A stretch of 64,000 nt of DNA, taken from positions 363,651 through 427,650 of the forward strand of contig CAWJJY010000007.1 of the NCBI GenBank assembly GCA_963843385.1. Reading direction: 5' to 3'. Every line of letters begins with the position of its first letter. Position 1 is the stretch's first letter. Position numbers and translations under genes: made by a program. Source of the stretch: an uncultured Acidobacteriota bacterium (GTDB lineage: Bacteria > Acidobacteriota > Vicinamibacteria > Vicinamibacterales > JAKQTR01). The notes beneath the pieces were generated by a model that saw only the letters and a program-made list of their open reading frames with translations, did not search any database and had not been told where the DNA came from. Below, piece after piece: positions 54,563-63,996 of this stretch.

Positions 54563-54623
54563 CGCCCCAAGCCCCGCCCGAAGCCCCGAGCCCCGAGCCT
54601 CCAGCCGCCGGCCTCCAGCCGAC
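54563..54623 (-). repeat. Heptamer array H (about 6-8 units)
   Basis: Minus strand gtcggct ggaggcc ggcggct ggaggct cggggct cggggct ..., directly downstream of the stop at 54638. Confidence 0.75.
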
Positions 54624-54637
54624 TCTTCCGCCCTTCG

Positions 54638-57454
54638 CTACTGAGGCACGTCCACCCAGCATCCTAGTAACCGCCGATCGTCGCTCGTCGGATCCCTGTC
54701 TGCCGGTACCCATCCACGTTCTGCCGTGAAGGTCAGGCGCAGCGTGCCGTCGAGCGCGACGGGGGAAAGGCGGACCTCGGTCGCCTGTCCAGCGACGAGG
54801 CCGACTCTCTGAACTCCACCGCCCCCTTCGATGACGATCGTGTTGTCGATAGGGCCGGGCCGCATTCTCAGGACGACGTCGCCCGAGAGCCGCCCGGTCG
54901 GCGACACGAGTGAGACACGGCCGGTGGCGTTTCCGCGAAGCCAGAATCCCTTCCGCTCCGGGTAGGAGACGTCGTCGTGGAACAAGGCAATCACCCGGCC
55001 GTACGACGCTGCGGCGAGCACCTCGGAGGTGGCAATCCGCTCGAAGGTGGGGATCACACTCACGGGGCGGACTCGCATCGATCCGACGGACTTCTCGAGA
55101 TCCTCCGATGCTCTGAAGCCGATGAACGCGCCGTCCACGGGGAGGTCGAAGACCTGTTCCCACGACGTTCCCGAAACCGTCCACTCCGCAAGCGGAGGCC
55201 CGATTCGCCCGAACTGCAGATCGAGCGTCCCTGCAAGGGGCCGAGGCGATGCGGGCGGCCCGGCGGGCTCGAGCCGCAGGAGATAGCGGCCGGCCGGCAG
55301 GATGAACCGAGCATTGAGCAGCAGCCGCATGGGTTGGCGCGCCACGCGAGTGCCGGAAGCGGCCGAGAATGCGACGAGCTGCGGCAGCTGCTGGGCGTCG
55401 AGACGCGTGAGGGGATCGAATCGCAGCGCGATCGGGCGCGCGTAGGGGTCGAAACTCTCGAGCAGTCCGTCGCGCGGGCGGATTTCCGGCGGCACGTCGG
55501 ATCGAAGGCCCGCGCCGAGCAGGGGCGGGCTCACGATGGTGACCACGAGAAAGGTCGACAGGACGGCGGCGCTGGCGCGAAGGAACGCCGCGCCGCGCCT
55601 GGTTCGCGACCGGGCCTGGCCCGGGTCCGTCCGTCTCCCGATGAGGCTCATCAACCCGCAGCAGAGGGCCGCTGCAAGCCCCCAGATGGCCGTCTGCTCG
55701 AGCGCGGTGCGCGTGCCCTGCACCACGAAGTCCGGCACATACGCCCACAGGTTCCAGTCCGGCGAGAAGTACTCGAGCAGGCGCGAGGTTCCGTCGTGGC
55801 GGCCCGCCACCAGGGCGCCGTTCTGCGCCACCAGCGCCGCCACGCTCACACACAAGCCAACCAGGAGCAGCATGCGGTGCACCGCGCGCTTCGACGGCGC
55901 GGTCGCGGCCTGTCGGAATCGCCACGCAATGGGAGGCGCCAGCAGCAGCACGGCTGCGGTGATCTGGCGCCCTGGCATCGGCTGGTCACCCCACCAGGAG
56001 GTCTGGGCGCCCACGACGGCGAGCAGGCCGCCGCTGACGATGATCAGCTCGGTGGCGAGCAGGCGAGCGCGACCTCCGCTCCGCCACATCGAAAGGAAAC
56101 CGGTCAGGCTGAGCAACAGCACCGGCGCGTACGCCACGATTCCATACTCCTGGTCGAACACGAGACCGGGCAGGCTCGACAGCCACGTCCACGCGCTCAA
56201 TGGCGTTTCCGGCGAGCCGCCCAATGCCGGCGGAATGAGCGATCCCCACATCCACGCGTTGAAGGCCAGCCAGCCCAGCGAGGCGGCGACAAACGGCACG
56301 ATCACCCACGCAATGAGCGTCAGCCGGGTGCGCCCCGACAATGCAGACCGTCGCCACACGCGCCACACCGTCACCAGCCCCACGGCGACGGCCATGAGCG
56401 CATACAGAGGATTCAGCCACAGGATTCCGCCGGCGAGCACGCCCACCATGGCGCTGCGCCATGCCGAATACGTCACATGATCGCGGGCGCGGATCGCCTC
56501 GTCCTCCAGTGGCTGCGATCCACCGGGACCAAGCGCCAGCGCCGCAACGACGCACAGCGCGGCAGGGATTCCCGGAAGCACGGCCGAGGCGTTGAAGGCC
56601 ACTGGCAGGCTGAGCGCCGTCGCGGCCCAGGCGAAGGTGGCCGTCGACACCGATCCGGTCAGGCGACGCACCCACTGCCACAGCAGCCCCGCGGCGAGGG
56701 CCGACATGCCAAGCAGCAGGCTCACGACGCCGAGGTAACCGAACGAGGCAGCGACCGGCGCGATCAGGGCGGGCAGGCCGGCGGGGTAGGTCGATCCGCT
56801 TCGGCCGTCTCTTCCAGGCTTGACGTGGTCGGCGAGCGTCTCGCGTTCGACGAATTCCGGTCGGCCACGCTCCACGAGATTGTCCTCGATGTGCAGATCG
56901 CCGTCCCGCCACAGGCTTTCCGCTGCGACGAGCACGTACGGCTCGTCGCCCGACGGGTGGATGCCGGACGGCATCGCCGCGAGTGCCCCGGCGCCAAACA
57001 GCGCCGCGCTCGCGAGGCTGACAATCAGCACTCCGCGCGCCGGCGTCCAGCCGCGCATCGCGGTCACCACGCGCTGGAACCGGCCCATGCCGAGGAATGC
57101 CCAGACCATCTGACTGACGACGATGATCCAGACGAAGTAGCGGCCGGGCCCGGCAAACAGCCTGAGCGCAGGAACGGCATCGGCAACCCACGGCAGGTAC
57201 GGCAGGATCAGGACGGCGAGCGTGAACAGCGGCAGAAAGGGATCGCCAGTCTCGGGCTGTCGCCGGGGACGCCGGATACTGAGCGCAAAGCCGGCCGCCA
57301 GTGCCAGCAACACCGAGGCGGCGAGTTTGTGCCAGCCGGGGAGCATGGCGACGCGCATCACGCCGGAGGTGCCCTGCACGATCGTCAGTTCACCTTGCGT
57401 GCACCACAGCGCCACGCCCGTCGTCGCCCACGCGAACACAGACCTGTAACTCAC
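54638..57454 (-). CDS. Large polytopic membrane protein with a C-terminal extracytoplasmic domain (function unknown, GT-C/ArnT-like topology possible)
   Basis: About 560 aa of repeated hydrophobic segments, then about 380 aa that are soluble and beta-rich. Length 938 aa. Confidence 0.55.
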   Translation of the reverse strand: MSYRSVFAWATTGVALWCTQGELTIVQGTSGVMRVAMLPGWHKLAASVLLALAAGFALSIRRPRRQPETGDPFLPLFTLAVLILPYLPWVADAVPALRLFAGPGRYFVWIIVVSQMVWAFLGMGRFQRVVTAMRGWTPARGVLIVSLASAALFGAGALAAMPSGIHPSGDEPYVLVAAESLWRDGDLHIEDNLVERGRPEFVERETLADHVKPGRDGRSGSTYPAGLPALIAPVAASFGYLGVVSLLLGMSALAAGLLWQWVRRLTGSVSTATFAWAATALSLPVAFNASAVLPGIPAALCVVAALALGPGGSQPLEDEAIRARDHVTYSAWRSAMVGVLAGGILWLNPLYALMAVAVGLVTVWRVWRRSALSGRTRLTLIAWVIVPFVAASLGWLAFNAWMWGSLIPPALGGSPETPLSAWTWLSSLPGLVFDQEYGIVAYAPVLLLSLTGFLSMWRSGGRARLLATELIIVSGGLLAVVGAQTSWWGDQPMPGRQITAAVLLLAPPIAWRFRQAATAPSKRAVHRMLLLVGLCVSVAALVAQNGALVAGRHDGTSRLLEYFSPDWNLWAYVPDFVVQGTRTALEQTAIWGLAAALCCGLMSLIGRRTDPGQARSRTRRGAAFLRASAAVLSTFLVVTIVSPPLLGAGLRSDVPPEIRPRDGLLESFDPYARPIALRFDPLTRLDAQQLPQLVAFSAASGTRVARQPMRLLLNARFILPAGRYLLRLEPAGPPASPRPLAGTLDLQFGRIGPPLAEWTVSGTSWEQVFDLPVDGAFIGFRASEDLEKSVGSMRVRPVSVIPTFERIATSEVLAAASYGRVIALFHDDVSYPERKGFWLRGNATGRVSLVSPTGRLSGDVVLRMRPGPIDNTIVIEGGGGVQRVGLVAGQATEVRLSPVALDGTLRLTFTAERGWVPADRDPTSDDRRLLGCWVDVPQ

Positions 57455-57674
57455 ACCAGCACCTCACCGTCGCCAAACCGATCGCCAACCGCGGCGTTCA
57501 TTCTACCTGTCGGCGGGCGTTCGAGCGCGCCGCGATTTGAGGCGGAAAGGCTGCCGGAATCTGCCCCAAGTGGTATCACTACCTTCGCCGGAAACCCGGC
57601 ACGAGCCCAAGGACCGCCCTGATGGCTCATCTGTAAGGTCTGAGAGGACAATGCGTTACACGCCACAAACGGAG

Positions 57675-57690
57675 TGGCAGTCGCCTTGCT
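57675..57690 (+). promoter_or_regulatory. Sigma-54-type -24/-12 promoter candidate upstream of the hydrogenase operon
   Basis: TGGCAGTCGCCTTGCT has GG to GC spacing of exactly 10 nt, -24 TGGCAG and -12 TTGCT. It lies 250 nt upstream of ATG 57943. Confidence 0.5.
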
Positions 57691-57942
57691 CTAATGAGCC
57701 GTGCCGGCCGGGATTCGCTCGCCGGGCATAGACCAGGCGGGCCCTTCTCGGCCGGGCTGTTCCCGAGTCGCACCCCCCGTAGCCTCCTCGCTCCCATCTG
57801 GTTTGGCTGATCGCGTGGTCCTTGCGTGAAGCGAGGAAACCTGGGTGCCTCGCTCCCACATGATGGCTACGGCCGGGTCGAGCTGACGCCCCGTCGGGCG
57901 GACGCGACCCTTGGCTGCTTCGAGCCCCTGTCTGGATGCGCC

Positions 57943-59100
57943 ATGAAGGATGTCTCGACCGAGACACAGGATCCCCTGATTCTCGCGCCCTCCGCGCTGC
58001 AGCAACTGATCGACGCGCTGAAGGATGCGGGCCACCGTGTGTTCGGGCCGGTCGTCGGCAACGGCGCCATCGTCTACGACGAGCTGTCGTCGGTGGGACA
58101 GTTGCCGGCCGGCAAGACCGACGTTCAGCTGCCGGGTTCGTACAAGCTGGTGCTGCGCGACGATGAGGCGTGGTTCGGATTTGCGCTCGGGCCGCATACC
58201 TGGAAACGGATGATTCACCCGCCCGTGGCGCGGTTGTGGCGAGCGGAGCGGAAAGGCAGTTCGGTCAAGTTCATTCCTGAAGATGCCTCACCCGTCAAGA
58301 TGGCATTCATTGGCGTGCGGGCGTGCGAGCTGGCGGCCATCGCCATACAGGACCGCGTGTTTCTTCAGGGCCCGTATGTCGATCCCGCCTACCAGCAGCG
58401 GCGGGAACACTGCTTCCTGGTTGCCGTGAATTGCGGGAAGGCAGGGGGCACCTGCTTCTGCGCCTCGATGGGGACAGGGCCGAGAGTCTCCGGCGGGTTC
58501 GACATCGCCCTGACCGAAGTCGTGGATGCCGGCACGCACCACTTCGTCGCGGTCTCGGGGACCGAAATCGGCGCAGCGGTTCTCTCGCGGCTCGAGTCCC
58601 GCAAGGCCACCGGGGCCGAGATCGCCAGGGCCGACGCGATGGTCGAGGACGTTTCCGGCCGCATGGGGCGCAGCGTGTCGAAAACGGGCCAGCGCGACCT
58701 GCTGGCCGAGAGCCACGAGCATCCGAGGTGGGAACACGTCGCCAGGCGGTGCCTCGCCTGCTCGAACTGCACGATGGTGTGCCCGACCTGTTTCTGCCAG
58801 ACCGTCGAGGACGAGACCGATCTCTCGGGGACCCACGCGGCGCGGTGGCGCCGGTGGGATTCCTGCTTCGGGCTGGACTTCTCTTATATCCACGGCGGAA
58901 GCCTGCGGCCTTCGGGCCTCTCGCGCTACCGCCAGTGGCTGACCCACAAGTTCGGAAGCTGGATCGATCAGTTCGGGACGCCGGGCTGCGTCGGCTGCGG
59001 CCGGTGCATCACCTGGTGCCCGGTCGGCATCGATGTCACCGAGGAACTTCGCGCACTCGGTGAGGACCACCTGACGGAAACCTCCGCCGTTTCGGTCTAG
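57943..59100 (+). CDS. hyhB: Group 3b [NiFe]-hydrogenase beta subunit (AsrA-like 4Fe-4S protein)
   Basis: [17 protein letters not shown], and C-terminal [16 protein letters not shown] ... [15 protein letters not shown] 57826 is an alternative start. Confidence 0.75.
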   Translation: MKDVSTETQDPLILAPSALQQLIDALKDAGHRVFGPVVGNGAIVYDELSSVGQLPAGKTDVQLPGSYKLVLRDDEAWFGFALGPHTWKRMIHPPVARLWRAERKGSSVKFIPEDASPVKMAFIGVRACELAAIAIQDRVFLQGPYVDPAYQQRREHCFLVAVNCGKAGGTCFCASMGTGPRVSGGFDIALTEVVDAGTHHFVAVSGTEIGAAVLSRLESRKATGAEIARADAMVEDVSGRMGRSVSKTGQRDLLAESHEHPRWEHVARRCLACSNCTMVCPTCFCQTVEDETDLSGTHAARWRRWDSCFGLDFSYIHGGSLRPSGLSRYRQWLTHKFGSWIDQFGTPGCVGCGRCITWCPVGIDVTEELRALGEDHLTETSAVSV

Positions 59101-59111
59101 GGAGACACCTC

Positions 59112-59573
59112 ATGCATTCGCTTCAACCGATCCTCGCCGAGCATCCGTTCCTCAAGGGCATGAAGCCCGAGCACCTCGAAGTGCTGGCCGGATGCGCCTC
59201 GAATGTCCGCTTCGAGCCGGGCTCGTTCATCTTCCGGCAGGGTCAGGAGGCCAACGCCTTCTACATCCTGCGCGATGGCAAGGTCGCCATCGAGGTGTTC
59301 GGGGCGCAGCGCGGCGCCATCGCGATCGACACGGCCGGCGAAGGCGACGTGCTGGGCTGGTCGTGGCTCATCCCGCCCTATCACTGGCACTTCGACGCGA
59401 AGACGGTCGAGCCGACGCGCGCGATCGCGCTCGACGGACGGTGCATGCGGACCAAGTGCGATTCGGACCACGAGCTGGGCTACGAGCTGATGAAGCGGTT
59501 CGCCCAGGTGATTGAACAGCGGCTCGATGCGACGCGCTGGCAGTTGTTGGACGTCTACGGCGTGCGGGCGTGA
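59112..59573 (+). CDS. Stand-alone cyclic-nucleotide-binding domain protein (no DNA-binding domain)
   Basis: F.....F.RQG.EA..FYIL..G.V.IE........I...G.GD..G.S.L is a cNMP-binding beta-roll pattern. The 153 aa protein ends without an HTH. Its stop overlaps the next gene's GTG (GTGA). Confidence 0.7.
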   Translation: MHSLQPILAEHPFLKGMKPEHLEVLAGCASNVRFEPGSFIFRQGQEANAFYILRDGKVAIEVFGAQRGAIAIDTAGEGDVLGWSWLIPPYHWHFDAKTVEPTRAIALDGRCMRTKCDSDHELGYELMKRFAQVIEQRLDATRWQLLDVYGVRA

Positions 59574-60433
59574 CGGCGAAAGGACCGGACGCGATGAGCG
59601 GCAGCCATGCGAGCCCCATGCTCCCTGATCTGTTCAGGGTGCAGCACATCCGGCGGGAGACCGACGATACCTTCACGCTCGAGCTCGGCCCGACCAACGG
59701 GCGGCCGCCGCTCGCGTTTGCGGCCGGCCAGTTCAACATGCTCTACGTGCTTGGCGTGGGCGAAGTCCCGATCTCGATCAGCGGCGACCCCGAGCGGCCC
59801 GAAGTGCTCGTCCACACGACGCGCGCGGTCGGAGCCGTCACCAGGGCGATGCGCAATCTCAAGAAGGGCGAGGTGCTCGGTGTGCGCGGGCCCTTCGGAG
59901 CCGGCTGGCCCGTCGAACCGGCGGTGGGCCACGACGTGGTCATCGTGGCCGGCGGCATCGGCCTCGCGCCGCTGCGCCCGTCGATCTACCAGCTGCTGAG
60001 CCGCCGCGATCGGTACGGCAAGATCGTGCTGCTCTACGGCACGCGCACGCCGGCCGACATCCTGTTCCGCAAGGAGCTCGAGGCGTGGCGGGCCCGCCTG
60101 GACGTCGAGGTCTACGTCACCGTCGATCGGGCGATCGAGCGCTGGCACGGCAACGTGGGCGTGGTCACCAAGCTCATCCCGAAGGCGCCGTTCGACCCGT
60201 CCCGCGCGGTTGCCATGGTCTGCGGGCCGGAAATCATGATGCGGTTCACGGCACTCGAGCTCGAGAAGCGCGGCATCGGGACCGATCACATCTACCTGTC
60301 GATGGAACGCAACATGAAGTGCGGGATCGGGCTCTGCGGCCACTGCCAGTTCGGGCCGACCTTCATCTGCAAGGACGGTCCCGTGTTCCGATACGACACC
60401 ATCAAGCACCTCGTGTCCCTTCGGGAGATCTGA
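59570..60433 (+). CDS. hyhG: Group 3b [NiFe]-hydrogenase gamma subunit (FAD/NAD(P)-binding, 2Fe-2S, AsrB/PyrK-like)
   Basis: [18 protein letters not shown] and C-terminal [13 protein letters not shown] 59594 is an alternative start. Confidence 0.78.
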   Translation: MTAKGPDAMSGSHASPMLPDLFRVQHIRRETDDTFTLELGPTNGRPPLAFAAGQFNMLYVLGVGEVPISISGDPERPEVLVHTTRAVGAVTRAMRNLKKGEVLGVRGPFGAGWPVEPAVGHDVVIVAGGIGLAPLRPSIYQLLSRRDRYGKIVLLYGTRTPADILFRKELEAWRARLDVEVYVTVDRAIERWHGNVGVVTKLIPKAPFDPSRAVAMVCGPEIMMRFTALELEKRGIGTDHIYLSMERNMKCGIGLCGHCQFGPTFICKDGPVFRYDTIKHLVSLREI

Positions 60434-60434
60434 C

Positions 60435-61214
60435 ATGGCGCGCACGCACAGACCGAAACTGGCCGTCTGGAAGTTCTCGTCGTGCGACGGCTGCCAGCTC
60501 AGCCTGCTCGACTGCGAGGACGAGCTGCTAGTGGTCGCCGGCGCCGTCGAGATCGCCAATTTCCCGGAGGCATCCCGCGAGGTCGTCAAGGGGCCCTACG
60601 ATCTGTCGCTGGTCGAGGGGTCGATCACCACGCCGCACGACGCGGAGCGCATCCACTCGATTCGCCGGTCCTCGAAAGTGCTGGTCACCATCGGCGCCTG
60701 CGCCACGGCCGGCGGCATCCAGGCGCTCCGCAATTTCAAGGACGTGAAGGACTTCATCTCCATCGTCTACGCGAACCCGGCGTACATCGACACGCTGAAC
60801 AAGTCCACGCCGATCCGGGATCACGTGTTCGTCGATTTCGAGCTGCGCGGGTGCCCGATCAGCAAGAAGCAGCTGGTCGAGGTGCTCAGTGCGTACCTCA
60901 ACGGGCGCAAGCCGAACATCCCGAACTACAGCGTGTGCGTCGAGTGCAAGTCGAAGGGGACCGTCTGCGGTCTGGTGACCTTCGGGCCGCCGTGCCTCGG
61001 CCCGGTCACGCAGGCGGGATGCGACGCGCTGTGTCCGGCGTTCCACCGCGGGTGCTTTGGATGCTTCGGCCCCAAGGAGACGGTCAACACCGAGGCGCTT
61101 GCCGCGGTCTGGCACCGGCAGGGCATGAGCAACGAGGCGCTGGTCCGTCAGTTCCGGGGCTTCAATGCGTACGCGGAACCGTTCCGCAAGGCGAGCGAGG
61201 CCCATGAAAAGTAG
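60435..61214 (+). CDS. hyhS: Group 3b [NiFe]-hydrogenase small (delta) subunit
   Basis: [20 protein letters not shown] and a distal Cys-rich CVECK...C...C...C..C. Confidence 0.8.
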   Translation: MARTHRPKLAVWKFSSCDGCQLSLLDCEDELLVVAGAVEIANFPEASREVVKGPYDLSLVEGSITTPHDAERIHSIRRSSKVLVTIGACATAGGIQALRNFKDVKDFISIVYANPAYIDTLNKSTPIRDHVFVDFELRGCPISKKQLVEVLSAYLNGRKPNIPNYSVCVECKSKGTVCGLVTFGPPCLGPVTQAGCDALCPAFHRGCFGCFGPKETVNTEALAAVWHRQGMSNEALVRQFRGFNAYAEPFRKASEAHEK

Positions 61215-62493
61215 AACCATCAAGGTCGATGAGCTGGCACGCGTCGAGGGCGAGGGGGCATTGCTCGTCAAGGTGAAGGGCGACCGGGTCACCGACGTGA
61301 AGTTCAGGATCTTCGAGCCGCCGCGCTTCTTCGAGGCCTTCCTTCGCGGGCGGCACTACGACGAGATCGCCGACATCACGTCGAGGATCTGCGGCATCTG
61401 CCCGATCGCGTACCAGATGAGCGCCGTGCACGCGATCGAAGACGCGTTCAACATCCGGGTGGATGGCCAGCTCCGCGCATTGCGGCGGCTGATGTACTGC
61501 GGGGAATGGATCGAGAGCCACACGCTCCATGTCTTCATGCTGCACGCGCCGGATTTCCTCGGCTACCAAGACGCCATCAGGATGGCGAAGGACCACGGCG
61601 ATCTGGTCCGCCAGGCCTTGCGCCTCAAGAAGATTGGCAACGACCTGGTCACCGTGATCGGCGGCCGCGAGATTCACCCGATCTCGGTCCGCGTCGGCGG
61701 CTTCTACAAGGTGCCCGAGAGGGCAGATCTCGAGGGTCTGCTCGAGAGGTTGAAGTGGGCGCGCGACTTCGCGCTCGAAGCGGTCAAGTTCACCGGAACG
61801 CTGCCGTTTCCCGACTTCGAGCAGGACTACGAGTTCGTCGCGCTTCGGCACCCCGACGAGTATCCGATCAACGAGGGCCGGCTGGTGTCGAGCAAGGGGC
61901 TCGACATTCCGGTGCGGGAGTACGACCTCCACTTTCAGGAGGAACACGTCGCGCATTCGAACGCCCTTCAGTCCATCATGCCGGGGCGCGGCATCTATCA
62001 CGTCGGGCCGCTTGCCCGCTATGCGCTCAACCACGACAGGCTGTCACCCTCGGCTCGCGAGGCGGCGAGAGCCGCCGGCCTCGACACGGTCTGCCGCAAT
62101 CCGTTCAAGAGCATCATCGTGCGCGCCGTCGAGACGGTAGAAGCCTGCGACGAGGCGATTCGGATCATCGAGCAGTACGAAAAGCCGGACAGGCCGGTCG
62201 TCGATGTCCATCCGGCATCGGAAGTCGGCCACGGATGCACGGAGGCGCCTCGGGGCATCCTCTACCACCGGTACCGGATCGACGCGAAGGGGCACGTGCT
62301 CGACGCCAAGATCGTCCCGCCCACGGCCCAGAACCAGAAGATGATCGAGAGTGACCTGCGCGCGTTCGCGAGTACGCGTCTGGACCTGTCCAACGACAAG
62401 CTGACATGGCAGTGCGAGCAGGCCATCCGGAACTACGACCCGTGCATTTCCTGCGCAACGCATGTCGTGAAGTTGACGAGGGAACGCGACTGA
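61204..62493 (+). CDS. hyhL: Group 3b [NiFe]-hydrogenase large (alpha) subunit
   Basis: N-terminal [10 protein letters not shown] (RxCGxC) and C-terminal DPCISCATH (DPCxxCxxH) Ni-Fe ligand motifs. Start at ATG 61204, overlapping the small-subunit gene by 11 nt. Confidence 0.88.
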   Translation: MKSRTIKVDELARVEGEGALLVKVKGDRVTDVKFRIFEPPRFFEAFLRGRHYDEIADITSRICGICPIAYQMSAVHAIEDAFNIRVDGQLRALRRLMYCGEWIESHTLHVFMLHAPDFLGYQDAIRMAKDHGDLVRQALRLKKIGNDLVTVIGGREIHPISVRVGGFYKVPERADLEGLLERLKWARDFALEAVKFTGTLPFPDFEQDYEFVALRHPDEYPINEGRLVSSKGLDIPVREYDLHFQEEHVAHSNALQSIMPGRGIYHVGPLARYALNHDRLSPSAREAARAAGLDTVCRNPFKSIIVRAVETVEACDEAIRIIEQYEKPDRPVVDVHPASEVGHGCTEAPRGILYHRYRIDAKGHVLDAKIVPPTAQNQKMIESDLRAFASTRLDLSNDKLTWQCEQAIRNYDPCISCATHVVKLTRERD

Positions 62494-62506
62494 GAGGATC
62501 TCGCTC

Positions 62507-63082
62507 ATGCCCTCCGATCCCGGCCACGTGAACCCGGCTTCGCTGCCCCGGTCGAGTCCGCCCGAACGTGTCCTCGGCCGCGAACGCCGTCTCCCTCTGG
62601 TCATCGGCATCGGCCATCCGCTCCGTCACGACGATGCGGTCGGGCTGACCGTGGCCCGCCGCGTCGGCGAGCTCGCCGCCGGGAAAGTGCGAATTGCCGA
62701 GCGGTCCGGCGAGGGCACGGACCTGCTGGAGACCTGGCGCGGTGAAGAGACGGTGGCCCTCGTCGATGCGGCATCGGGAGACGGCATACCAGGCACTGTT
62801 CACCGGTTCGAGATCGTCAACGGCATTCCGGTGCGACCTGGACTGCCAGGCGCACCCTCCGATGCGAGGGTACTTCCGCTGTCGTTCTTTCGAAGCTCTT
62901 CTCATCAGGTCGGCCTGGCCGAAGCCGTCGAACTCGGCCGCGCGCTGGGGGCCCTGCCGGGCCGGCTCGTCATCTTTGCGATTGAAGGCGCCGATTTCAC
63001 GATGGGGCAGGGCCTCACCGGGCCGGTGGCCGCGAGCGTGGACGGAGTGGCCAGCGCCGTCATCTTCGAACTGGAGCTGTAG
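62507..63082 (+). CDS. Hydrogenase maturation endopeptidase
   Basis: LVIGIGHPLRHDDAVG, ...VDA and ...SSHQVGL are the typical HycI/HoxW-type metal-binding D/D/H pattern. Confidence 0.8.
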   Translation: MPSDPGHVNPASLPRSSPPERVLGRERRLPLVIGIGHPLRHDDAVGLTVARRVGELAAGKVRIAERSGEGTDLLETWRGEETVALVDAASGDGIPGTVHRFEIVNGIPVRPGLPGAPSDARVLPLSFFRSSSHQVGLAEAVELGRALGALPGRLVIFAIEGADFTMGQGLTGPVAASVDGVASAVIFELEL

Positions 63083-63120
63083 AGAGCAGCGCCCCGACGG
63101 ACGGGCCTTGGCGGGGTTTG

Positions 63121-63996
63121 CTAGGCGCCAGGATGTCGAAGGGTGATCGTCCCGCTGAAGGTTTCGAGGTCGAGTCGCGCGGCGCCGGTCCCCAGGACGA
63201 GGCTGAATCGCTGGCGGCGGCCGGCTTCTTCGGGCACCTTCAAGGGGAACATCGTTCGGAAGCGCCCGTTGAACGGACGCACGGACACCGTGGCGTTTGT
63301 GGGATCGGCCAGCATCACGTCCACGTCGCCGTCGTGGGTGCCGAACTGATACTTTCCGCCGGCTGCCATCTCGCCGTCCCATCGGATATCCCCGCTGACG
63401 GTGCTGACCTCGACTGAGCTCGAGGCGATCCCCTGGAGCCTCACCGTCCCGCTCACGCTGTCGGCGAGGAGCGCCCCGCGCAGGCCCGTGACTCGGATGC
63501 CGTTGTTCACGGAACTCAGCGTGGCGCGGCCCTGCGCCTGGTCGAGCACGATTTCCCCTTCGACCGATTTCAGCAAGAGTATTCCGGCGCCGCCCTTGAC
63601 GTTGACGTCGCCGCGCACCGTTTCGGCGGTGATGTCGGCCCGCGTTCCCTCAACCGAGATCTCGAGGTAGGTCCCGCTGAGATCGACGGCCATCCACGCG
63701 GGAACATCAATCTGGAAGTCGATGGCATGCGCGAGACCGCGCAGCGCGTGAGCGCCCACGCGAAAGACCGGTCCGCCGGAACGGACGTCGATCACGTCTG
63801 TGCTGAAGTGGACGGCGCGTACCCGTACCGCATCCCGATCCCACCCGCGCACCACGACCTCGCCCCCGAAGAGCCGAACCTCGAGCCGGGTTCCTCGCGC
63901 CGCCGCAAACGTCCGGTCGAAGTCCGCGCCATGGGCCACACCGCAAACGGCCATCCAGGCCACCAGCGAGGCGGCAACCCGTAATCCGGTCAGCAT
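63121..63996 (-). CDS. DUF4097-like beta-strand repeat protein (putative adhesin fold)
   Basis: Signal peptide, then repeated ...V.GD(I/V).V....G.I.L... strand repeats. The start lies 4 nt from the window end, so the N-terminus is uncertain. Confidence 0.6.
   Translation of the reverse strand: MLTGLRVAASLVAWMAVCGVAHGADFDRTFAAARGTRLEVRLFGGEVVVRGWDRDAVRVRAVHFSTDVIDVRSGGPVFRVGAHALRGLAHAIDFQIDVPAWMAVDLSGTYLEISVEGTRADITAETVRGDVNVKGGAGILLLKSVEGEIVLDQAQGRATLSSVNNGIRVTGLRGALLADSVSGTVRLQGIASSSVEVSTVSGDIRWDGEMAAGGKYQFGTHDGDVDVMLADPTNATVSVRPFNGRFRTMFPLKVPEEAGRRQRFSLVLGTGAARLDLETFSGTITLRHPGA

Noticed and set aside
57595-57707. Possible riboswitch or ncRNA upstream of the hydrogenase: CUGAGA at 57640-57645 (TPP-like) and an 8-bp long-range helix cccggcacg/cgtgccgg
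   Set aside because: The other TPP-riboswitch hallmarks (for example the ACCUGAUCUGGAUAAUGCCAGCG-type pyrimidine-sensor helix) are absent. The putative sigma-54 promoter lies inside the helix, so both arms would not be on one transcript. No known family recognised.
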